This document shows, one piece after another, positions 52,706-64,000 of a stretch of DNA of 64,000 nt; position 1 is the first letter of the stretch, and every line of letters begins with the position of its first letter. A model generated the notes under the pieces. The model saw nothing but the letters and a program-made list of their open reading frames with translations, did not search any database and was not told where the DNA came from. Source of the DNA: the human T2T-CHM13v2.0 reference genome, Homo sapiens. The DNA lies in assembly GCF_009914755.1 (NCBI RefSeq), contig NC_060932.1. One strand, 5' to 3'. A program made the translations under genes and the position numbers.

Positions 52706-55248
52706 TTACACACCATCTAGGTAGACCTATTTTTAAACTTGAAAATGGTTACTTTGGCAAGAGAGTATTAGAAAACTTCATACTGCAAACCTGCTTTAAA
52801 TATACTTTGAGAGTAGCCAATTTCCTAATGCTTGAGACACTAAGTATAGAACCGTAAGTTTGTTAAAACCAATGTGCTTATATTTCCCTTAGTGAACACC
52901 TGGAATTTTTGCATATATTTTTTTCTGTGTACACTAATGTCAGCAGTCCTCTCTGCAGAGTTCTAAATTCAGAAATACCTCTATAGGAATGGAAATGTTG
53001 AGTATGGGGAATAAATATAGAATTAAGAATCTTCTGTTTGTCATTTTTCTCTTTTAATTATGTAATGTGTATCTGAAAATATTATTTTAAAATGTGAAGA
53101 TTATTCGTTGCTAAAAACCAGGAAATGAACCAAACAATAATTGGGCAGGTTTCCTAATGCTCACTTAAGAATTGCCTTACAGACTTACGCTTTTACTAAT
53201 TGTAAATCCTACCCCTTGAATTCAGGCTTTTTATACATAAGTGATGTTATTTATTCAACAAATATTAATTGAGCCCTTGCTGTGTACCAAGAACTCTGGT
53301 GAATGTTGGGAGACATTTAAGTACTTTACCTTGGTAGTACAGATAGGTGTGATGTCTTATCTTGGAATAAGCAATGTTTGAACTGCTATATGGCCATGGA
53401 GAATAAAGGTAGAATAATGAGCTTCACCCAAATACTATTATTTATTTTAAATATTAAAATCAAATATTATTTTGACACTTAAGGTAAACCCATGACTCAT
53501 TTAATATTAATATAGAGAAATTATATTTCTAGCTTTTAACTATATTTTAAGATAAACCAAGAATAAAAACACATAAAGACATGGCAAAAGAATCCTATTT
53601 ATTAATACAGGACAAGATACAGGTGTATCTTTTTCTTTATAATTAAGAAATACGGTTAAATGAAAATTAAGCATCTCTTTTTTTCTCCCTTGGTTGAATC
53701 CTTTGAATCTTTTCCACAGAGTACTGCTGTTTTTATAAACATTAAAAACTAAGTAGACGTATAAACTTTTCTTAACGGTAGAAAATGTACTCATTTCTTC
53801 ACTTCATTTTGCCACAGTGGCTCTATTATTGCCCTTTATTGTAGACCAGTCACTGTCCCATAATTTAAAAATATAGCAAAAGATCATTTACAGAGGAGGT
53901 TTGAGCAGAAAATTCTAAGTTTCTTTTTCCCTTCCTTTTAAATCAGAAAGAATATGACACCCCTTTAACACCAAGGTTTTCTGGTAGTCTTTTGCCCAAA
54001 GGAAATTTGTTTGTTCTATAGAGCTTTAATTTAAAAAGGCTGACAGCAGGTCTGTAGTTATATACTTCTGGCATTGGGCCTTCCATAGAAATGCACATTA
54101 GATATTCAACTCCTTTCTTAAGCATTCTATTCCTGTAACCTGACTTCATCCTTTTCTTTCCACTGTTGCCACTGAAACTGGAAATGACTGCAGAATACAA
54201 ATCATATGATAAATATTTGGGAATTTGTCTTTGTAGTTTTTCAGAATCACTGCCAAACTTCTTGCCTAGAGAGCTGTGTGAGGCTTTTCAATCTGAAACC
54301 TTTGAGCAATCCCCTTGTCTAGCCAACTGGGAAGCAACCACATGATTTAATTGTAGCAGCCCTTCAAAGTGTTTAATAAACATTTCATGTTCTTTGACTC
54401 CATATTTTTCTAAGGGTACTCATTTGTTGGCCATATATTTATACTCAATAATTTCAAACACTGGGATGCATCTTCTTTATGGAGATGCTCAAAGGTGGTG
54501 CACATGATTTGAATAGCATTAGCATAAATACTCTTTTCCTAAAATTTTTATCACAATACTGTCCTCCAATTAGTCTGATCCTACTGAAAGACACTATCTG
54601 TGGGTTTCTTTCTTCATTCACCAGTAAGCTACTAAGTGCACCATACAAAATCCCTTTCTTGATCCTCTTAAAGGTACTGTAGCAAACACATTGTCCTTCT
54701 GGAAGACAGTGCCAGATCTAATATCTTAACTATGAGTAGGATGGGTAGGACAAGTTTTAGGTTAATTAAGCATGTTCAGGTGGCTCTGGATTCTCACTTT
54801 TAGGCCTTTTGTGATTTTCTAACTGACTACTTTTAAGCTGAGGCACTAATATATATAAAGGAGGAAATATATAAAGGAGGGTTTTGCCTGTCCTATTTTT
54901 CTGCTATAATGAATGCATTCCATCTGCTTTCTTTGGTGTTGTTAAAGTTTCTTCTACAAACTTCTCAATTCACGAAGACAAACTGGGGATGTTCAATATA
55001 AGTTATAAGGAGAAATAAATGTGGCAAAAATGTAAACAAAGCCAGTGTTTTAAATGTGTTCATAGTTGGTAGCTCTAGAAATGATGACTAAGACAAGGTA
55101 TGTGAATGAAGGACCTTTCCTGCTTGAGTAGGTCAGAAGCTTCTCTCTTCATTTAGATATTGGGGCCAATGCTCTCATCCATTAAGCCAATATGCTTGTT
55201 ATTTACATCCACGCTAAGCTCTGAGACTCTATTAATAATTATATTCAT

Positions 55249-55568
55249 GGCCGGCATGGTGGCTCATGCCTGTAATCCCAGCATTTTAGAAGGCCAAGGT
55301 GGGCAGATCACCTGAGGTCAGGAGTTTGAGACTAGCTTGACCAACAGGGTGAAACCCCATCTCTACGAAAAATACAAAAATTAGCTGGGCGTGGTGGCGC
55401 ACGCCTGTAATCCCAGCTACCCAGGAGACTGAGGCAGGAGAATCGCTTGAACCGGAAAGGCGGAGGTTGCAGTGAGCAGAGATTGCGCCACACTGCACTC
55501 AAGCCTGGGAGACAGAGCGAGACTCTGCCTAAAAAAAAAAAGAAAGAAAGCAACAACAACAAAAAAAA
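55249..55568 (+). mobile_element. AluS element
   Basis: Full dimer with mixed A/AAAG/CAA tail. Confidence 0.9.
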
Positions 55569-58500
55569 CCTTCTGCATTCACCTGCTTGGCCTCTTTAAA
55601 ACTCAATAATTTATCATTTTTAAAAGCGATCTCACTCATGTAGAACTTACATATCATTTCAAGGACATTAGCATTTGTGGTTTTGGACCCTTGTGTTTTC
55701 CAGTAACGATGAAAAAGAACTGGGCTTGCTGAACAGTAGCCATTAGAAGATGTGTGATGACTTTTCCAGTAATGTGGCTCAGCTTACATTTACTTTCAGA
55801 AAGACAGTCTTGCTCCAATTCCATTCTAAGATGAGCTTCTAGTGTGGCAATGTGAGAAAATTAGCCAAAGGGAATTTCTGGTTTAGCCAATGTGTAGGCA
55901 ATATCAAACAATTTGACAATCTGATGCTCCTTCTTGGCCTCAGCACCTACAAAACTTCTATTCATGATGATCAAATTGAAGTTCTCCAGTGTTGCAGGGG
56001 TAGGGATTTTTCAAAGCTGATGGCTTTTTGTTGCATTTCACTGCCTAAATGTTTATTTACATTGTTCATTTTTAATGAGAAGCCCATGATGCCATTGACA
56101 AAAGCATTATATTTCACATTGGTCCAATTTGAAGTTTTTCTTTTGTACATAGAGAACAATAAATTTTACTCATCACAACTCCCTCACCACATTCATAAGA
56201 GCACTTCAATTCTGCCTGCCATTTAAAACTCTCCCACACTAAGAACAATTCGGTTGTTCCCTTCTACTACTGTTTTTCCACTTAGTCTTTTTGTGTGCCT
56301 TTCCCCCCAAATCTTATAGGTCTTTTGCAGTTTTCTGTAAATAGGCACACTTTAATGAATTGAGTATTAGTAGGGGAAAATATATATTTACTATTATTAA
56401 TTAGTTTTAGAAATAGAGGTAGGTATTTTTGTAAAATTGTTGCTTAAGGCAGTTTTTTTAATTTATTGACCAGATCCTAAGTAAATTTATTATGTGCAAA
56501 TATAAATGTTTCATAAAAAAGAACAAAAATGTTTGCCTTTATATCAACCTTAACATTTATGAGTCAAGCAGCCAATTAGCCAAATAGCACTAATGAAATG
56601 ACTCTAAAATGTTTCTAATTTTGAGCCATCTTCTGACAGTGTCTATTTAGCTTAATTTATTTTAATAGGAAATATCTAGAAAGACATCTTTCCACATTGA
56701 TTTCAAATTTAAAATAAAACTAGAACCATAGTTTTTGTTTATAAATCAAAAGTAAAAGTCTTTTTACTTGTTACCCTAGGAAGGAAGTTGGTTCACAGCT
56801 ATTCATAAGTTCTTTAAATTGTTTACATTTACAGTTTTAACCAATGGCTTCCATCAGTACTATGTTGACAAGTTACAAGTTATTTTAACATTTATTTCAT
56901 TATTTATACATATTGGAGAGTTAAAACTTTTGAACTGTGTATTTACGTTAGTATTGTATCTTATCTCACATAATAAAAATTGGAGTTCATGGCTGTTGTC
57001 TGATATCTTAATATTCACACTGGCCATTTTTCAAAGCTAAGGTTTATTTTCTGTGGCTCACATGAAAATATATTTCCAAGTATAGTGTAGCTAGCCTGCC
57101 TGTTTACCAGATTACTATCTATCCAAACATAGGGAAACCTTTAATTCAGGCTAAGGAAAAGAATAAAGTGGTTAACAAGAAAATATGGGAGCTGAAAGAA
57201 GTAAATGGCAATATTCTAAATAAAAAACAAACACATCTATTAATTAATACTATTTTCTACTCATTTGACAATTATAAATAAATATTTTTGACATTTCTCT
57301 TTGACTTTACTGTCTACATTATTTCTCACTAAGCAAATATTTATTGGGTATTTATTCTGACTCTGGTACCTTTTTTTACTTATGACAAATAAAAAGGAGG
57401 TCCTCATTCCACAGTGAGTGGAGCTGGAAAATACATGAATTGCTGAATATTATCCAAAAAGATTTTGGAAACATGAATTTGTCCACCTACAAATCCATAG
57501 TTGCTTACTCTGGAAACACTAAGAAATTCTCAGTGTCATACCCAAGAATTATAAGATAAGCAGGAGAAGGTTGAGGCCACAGTGATTAAAAGGAACAAGG
57601 GAAACTAAAATGATCAAAAAGAAGAGAGGTCCTGAGAAGTCTAAAATTGTAAGGATTCAAATCTGGAAAGGCAAAGGCTGAATAGATTTTGGACAGAAGT
57701 GTGTGCACCATACAGTGTGTAAATACAGTAATCTCACACTTGCCCACTCAGCAAATGCTGGAATATGAGCATGAGAGAGTGCCTTCTGACTCCTGAGAAA
57801 CTTAAGATGAAGTCTGTGGTCTCCAAAGTTCAGAGAAGCTCCCTATCAGGGTGAGGAGCAGCTAAAGAAACTATTGGACATGTAAAAGAAATGCTAGGAT
57901 TGAACTTTGTAAATAAAAAAATTATGATGTTTAATATGTGGAATGATACCTGTAACCTCATTTAGCTTCTAACTGGAGATACCTAGTGTCATCTATGTAA
58001 ATGCAATGAGAATGAGAGATCCCTTATGCAGGCTTAGACAGGGATGTCCCTCTTTCATTCACAGGGTATTGTAGCAGAGTGCAGTTTGCATGTGCCTGGA
58101 CCACACAGAATACTTTTAACTCAACAAAATGGAGAAATGGCTTTAAAAAGTGCTCAGCAAAAGAAATGCAGATTGAAGTTAATGTGAATAGTGCAAGAAG
58201 AAGCAAACCAGAAAATTATGGAGCTGCCTCTTTACCCAGTATGAACTCTTCATTAGCAAGATTATCAAGTAGAAACAATGGAGAATAAGCCACATGTATT
58301 AAATATTAAGGGTGTGCACTCAACAGTTCTGTTATTATAGAGATGTGTGATCAAAGAAGTTGGTAGAGCACCGGTCTAGGGTCACATAACATGAAATATC
58401 AACATGCATGTTTACCAACTTTATTACCCCAAGAAATATTTAAAATTGACATTTCTGTACCTCTGTTAGGTTCTCTTTCCTTCAGTGCTTTTAACTTCAT

Positions 58501-59834
58501 TCTCATGCTTACTGTGGAATTTAGATCTCCAGCTTGTCCAAGCCGAGGTCTTTTATTTTCAAATCTCACCTGGGTGCTGTTATCCCAAACCCAAACTATA
58601 TTTCAAATTATATGTCATTTTTAAAATTCTCCCCCAATTAGCTCATCATCCCAAATTTATCCATGTTACCATTATTCCTTTAGGAAGTGAGAAAGAGAAT
58701 AGCATAGATGTTAAGACCATTGGATCTAGACTGCCTAAATTAAAATTTCTGCTCAGCTGTGACTTTGGAAAATTTACATTTCCTCCATGAATTTTAGTTT
58801 TCTTATAAAATGGGGGCACTATTGTTACTTACATCAATAAATGCAACCTGAAACTTGGGAAAATCCAGTAAAAGCACACAAAACACTGCACAGAGCAAAT
58901 GTTCAAAATAATTAGCTATTGTTACTTTTTCATCAGTGCTCAAAACCCTGGGGTCATTTTTGATCATCTCATCCATACTTTTTTACCTGCTGTTTCCAGT
59001 AAGTCACCAGGTCCTCTCTGCTCCTCTCAAAAACTACTCCTGGTCTAGTCCCATGGCCACTGCTCTAGTCCCAGGGCCACCACCCACTCATCTTTCCAAT
59101 GTAGGCTAAAGCCAAGAATCTCTGACATGGTTCTCTGCAGACTCTCCCAGAGTCTAACCTATTTCCACACTGGACCATATGAATCTAACATTAGTGTAGG
59201 ATTTATCTTGTAGACCCTCTCCTCAAAAATTTTCATGGGTTCTGTAGTATCTATCAGGACATAATGTAAACCATGCCTTGGGCTTCAATAGCTTTTCAAA
59301 ATTGGCTTTCTTTTACAAACTTTCTTGGTTATTCCAGCTTGCCTTCTGTTGCACTTTTCTGAACCAGAGTATAGGTTCCACAAAATTTAGCATTCACTCT
59401 CCATTTATTTTCAAATTATATGTTTGTCTTTTATTCCCAACCAGATCATGAACCTGAAGGCAAAGAAAGTATATGTCTCACTTTCTTTTTGTTCTCCCTA
59501 AGACCTGGCCCCAAACACAGTAAACATATTGTAGATGCACACCGTTGATCAATTGATTAAGACATTTTATGATGTCACAAAGTCATGAATGATATTTAAA
59601 TGGGTCATTAAGAGAAACCTGGATCCTAAGATATACTCTTGATTTTTGAGGTGGAAATCAGGAAGATAGCTACTTCTTTCTTCAATATGATGTTTAGTTT
59701 AATGCCATTGTCAGAGATTCCACAAATATCGAATGAATTATATCAAGCACAAGAAACATAAAGAGACATAAAACATAGGCTCTCTCAGTCATATCTTATG
59801 TGTGTGGAAGGGTCAGTTTAATAAAAATACATAC

Positions 59835-59880
<46 letters not shown>

Positions 59881-59890
59881 GTAGATAGAT
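59835..59890. repeat. (AGAT)n tetranucleotide STR
   Basis: Eleven perfect AGAT units, then AGGT AGAT AGAT. Confidence 0.95.
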
Positions 59891-61628
59891 ACCAATAGAA
59901 TAAAGGCAGCAGTAGGACTGATTTTGATCAGGACAATAAAAGATACAATGGGTCAATACAAGATAGTTTCTGGGTCAGAATTCACATATTTCCTAGGTAA
60001 TATCTTTCACTTTTATCTCATAACTTGCATAAATATTCCAATTTTGGTTAGTCAGTGCAGTGTGTATAATGGTAATGAATCAATTAGGCTTTGGAAACTG
60101 GTCGGTAAGTGCATATTTTTGAAAAAATAAATCATAGTTAACATACAACCATGCCAATATTTGATAGAAGTGGCATTTTTTATTTCACAATGAAAATATT
60201 TCTGGTGGTACTTTATTATTCCTTTTAGTCTTTCCTTACCCCTAGTACATTTTTTAAAATGTTCTCTTTTTTTTCATTTTCTAATTTTCTAATAATCTAT
60301 TTGACCCTAACCTGTATTTTACAGTGATTTTACTCCTTTTGCCCACAAAAAACATGCCAGTGGTATTTTTTGGCTTTGCTTATTGTTTCTGATGCTATTT
60401 CATACTAAACAAGTTACAGGTTGTCCTATACTTCTGATTTAAAATTTAAATCAGTGTTAAAACTTAAAAGTATTGTGCAACAGCAAGAACCATAGGTTCA
60501 GCTTACTGTATATGTCCAATTAGTGTTGCTATTACTATTAACAGGACTAATACAAATATGGTATGATCATTTGACACATTAAGCTAAATAAACAGGTAAT
60601 GACTAATTTTGCACAATGCTAATTATGATAATTTCTGGCTTCAGTAAATCACATACAATGTATTTAGGAAACAAGAAAAAAATTGAAAGTTTAAGTAAAT
60701 GAGTAAGATTTATATAATGGCTCCAATTGAGAGGGAAAAAAGGTCACAAAAGAAGTACGTACTGATTAATGGCCCATGACATGATTTCTCTAAGTGTGTT
60801 GCCAGAAACTCAGTCCCGTAACATGCTTGGAGAAACAAATGTGCTCTATTATGTGGGGGAGGGTGTAGGTCATTTTATGAGGTAGGGAAGAATGAGCCTG
60901 GGATATATAGAAGAATGAGAGTGTTTTTAAATGAATAAACACACAAATAAATAAATGGAACAAAAACAACAAGAAAAGACTAAGAAATGCTCTATACCAT
61001 ATGGCTGAATTCAGATTAAGCTAGTAAGGGCCCTAAGAAATCCTCCAGTAGAGACCAATTTGACTACATTTAACTCAGTATTTATCTAACTCATTTAACC
61101 ACAAAGCTACTTTTTTTTCTCAGAAAATGTAACACCTGGCAGTCCCAGTGTTAGAAGAAACACACTTTGAGAAAAGCAGGTGTTGTTTAAGTACTAAAGA
61201 GATTAGAAGAGGGAGAGTCCACTTGCAATTGGAAAAAACCATTCTGAAGAAGGAAAAATTTGAGTGAGACCTTGAAGCTTGAAGAAAGATGAGCAGGTGA
61301 GGCTTCCCAAACAGGGAACACTGTGACCGAAAACATAGAAAAGAGAATACTGGGTGTTGGGAGGAATGGTTTGGAAGAACCTGCTAGGGAAGTAGAAGGT
61401 TGCTGGAGGGCAGAATAACCATTCTGATAATAAAACCCTCCTTCTGGGGAAGCAGAAGTTTCCTATAGGGCATAAATGGGGAAATGGGGCTTTAACACTG
61501 TGAAATCCATGCCACCAGTGAAATGATTAGCAAATGATATATTCTAATTTCCCTTCATTGATATCCTTTTTTAAATGCTTATTTGATCAGGAAAGTTATT
61601 GGTTAATTAACACTTGAATGGTCTAGGC

Positions 61629-61953
61629 CAATGCTGTCCAACAGAAATGTAATGAGCCAACTATAAGTCTATAATATAATATATAATTCACTTTTAAACT
61701 TCCTACCAGTAACATCAAAAAAGTAAAAAGCAACAAGTAAAATTAATTTAACAATGTATTTTATTTAACTTAATATATTCAAAATATTATTTCGGTATGT
61801 AACAATATAAAAATTAAAATTAGTTGGCTTTTTTTGGCCAAGCCTTCAACCTCCAGTTTGTATTTTACACTTACAACACATCTCAGTTTAGGCTAGCCAT
61901 AATTCAAGTGCTTGATAACCGTGTGCCTCATACTACCACATTGGACAGCACAG
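61629..61953. mobile_element. MER33-like hAT-Charlie DNA transposon
   Basis: Terminal inverted repeats tgctgtccaa ... ttggacagca, AT-rich MER33-type interior, GTCTA-starting flanks on both sides. Confidence 0.75.
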
Positions 61954-62825
61954 GTCTACCAGTTAGCATAAATCAGCTGGCTAAAGCAGAGTTGATTTGG
62001 GTAGTTTTCTAATAGCTTTCACCATGATCAAAAGTTTTAAATTATTTAAAATTAAGTGGGTAAGGCATACTTGCTTTGCCAGTTTCTGAAATTTATGTTT
62101 CCATTTTTTTGGTTGGATTAAAAATAGGCAAATTATAGGGTAAAGGTGAAAAGCTTCACTTTTGACTTCAAATCAGCTAATTAATTTAAATGAATGACCA
62201 TGAAGCTCTCTTTGGCCTATTAATGAGTTAACGGTCAGTGCATTTGTGACATTGAAACAAGAAGGCTCTATTGCAGATTTCAGTTGACTGGTAACCATGT
62301 ACATATTCTAAGAAACTATTTTTTAGATCTTTAAAATTTTAAATGATTCCTCCTGCTGGTACAGTCTCTTCACACTTCATCACATTTCTAAATAAGCAAT
62401 CATATAACAAGTGAAGATTTCATGTCCTGAAGGCATTATACCAATACTTACCAAATGCTTCTATTTAAAATACAAAGCAGTTTTATTCACACTTCCCATT
62501 TTTGAATCCACTAAGGCCATTTTGGGAGAGGAGAAACTAGATGCCTGCTGTTCAGTTTTTGTTTTCTACAACTTTTCTTTACTGAGAGCTTGCACGTTTC
62601 TTGTTAAGTTTCCAAAGCATATTTAATATACATTAGAATCTGAGTAAATATGGCACATTCTGTAAATGGACGCTGCGGAAAATTGCTGCTTTCAGATGGA
62701 AGAGAACACCATGGCAACTGCTGTGCTTCTGAGTAGGAAGCTCTACTTGACCAACGTGGATGTGGATTAGGAATGGAAAATATCGAACAACACAACATAT
62801 TCTTTGAAAGTTAATGGCTTTATTC

Positions 62826-63053
62826 CTGAGTTTCTGAACCTCGACACTATTAACTTATTGGGCTGGATAATTCTTGTGGTAGGGGCTGTCCTTTGCATTG
62901 TAGGATGTTTAGCAGCTTCTCCAGCCTCCACCCACTAGATGCCAGTAGCAGCTCCCCCTACCCCCGACCCAGGTCATTACAAATAAAAAACGTCTCCCAG
63001 ACATTGCCAGACATCTCCTAGGAGACAAGATCATCCTCAATTAAGAACCACTG
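62826..63053 (+). mobile_element. MER20 hAT-Charlie DNA transposon
   Basis: gggctggataattctt...ggggctgtcc..tgcattgtaggatgtttagcagc...cccactagatgccagtagca...agaaccactg. Confidence 0.8.
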
Positions 63054-63333
63054 CTCATGCCTGTAATCCCAGAACTTTGACAGGCCAAGGCGGGAGGATC
63101 ACTTGAGGTCAGGAGTTTGAGACCAACCTGGCTAACATGGTGAAACCCTGTCTCTACTAATAATACAAAAATTAGCCAGGCATGGTGATGCATGCCTGTA
63201 ATCCTTGCTATTTGGGAGACCAAGGCTTGATCACTTGCATGCTAGTGGTGGGGGTTGGCAGAGGTTGCAGTGAATGGAAATCACACCATTGCACGCCAGC
63301 CTAGGCAACAGAGACTCCATTTCAGAAAAAAAA
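63054..63333 (+). mobile_element. Diverged Alu abutting MER20
   Basis: ctcatgcctgtaatccca...gaggtcaggagtttgagacc...A tail. Confidence 0.82.
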
Positions 63334-63639
63334 GAGATCTGGAAAATATATATTTAAAATTATAGTAAGAGCTTTAATCTCAGAGTACAAATGTATTAAT
63401 AATAAACTATACTACATTTATTTTTTAAAAGAACTTATAGCCTTAGGAAAATGTATTACATTCATATGAGATTCTCTTGTATCCCACCTTCTCCATCTTA
63501 ATGATCTTGTTTTAGCTTATCCTCTAATTTAAATATCCCATCTGATTTTTACATGGAATTGGCATACCACAATAAAATGCCAACTTTCATACAAAATTAA
63601 TTATTACATACAACAGAGTGAAAAGATGTAGCAGCTTGA

Positions 63640-63990
<351 letters not shown>

Positions 63991-64000
63991 CCTACTAAAA

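Noticed and set aside
54850-54880. Short duplication of ATATATAAAGGAGG (TATA-like), and GTCACTATAG x2 at ~15228-15247
   Set aside because: Ordinary slippage duplications with no supporting promoter context.

Overview
This is primate (human-like) genomic DNA, not microbial. The window holds the 5' part of SYBU (syntabulin/GOLSYN) on the minus strand. A CpG-island promoter (~40.7-41.9 kb) carries the start-codon exon (MGPLRESK). Coding exon 2 (39304-39508) has a NAGNAG acceptor and an SxIP motif, and coding exon 3 is at 15436-15633. The rest of the CDS lies left of the window. The remainder is intron or upstream sequence rich in Alu, L1, L2, MIR, MER, LTR and microsatellites; nearly all ORF-track entries are repeat-derived or chance. 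I found no new multi-gene system. The best second-look signals are: (i) a near-identical RFX X-box + GCAGAGGGAAAG module at two sites 40 kb apart, each beside a real or candidate SYBU start region; (ii) phase-1 alternative first or cassette exon candidates (4505-4541, 11566-11625, 34874-34936, 40627-40678) that could rewrite the N-terminus; (iii) a 198-nt stop-free exon 3 with an in-frame Kozak ATG between inverted Alus, a possible rolling-circle circRNA ORF; (iv) antisense splice signals; (v) unusual retro-insertions (twin-primed L1PA2, tailless Alu with a TSD, inverted Alu nested in an Alu). Isoform identities recalled from memory are flagged and need database checking.
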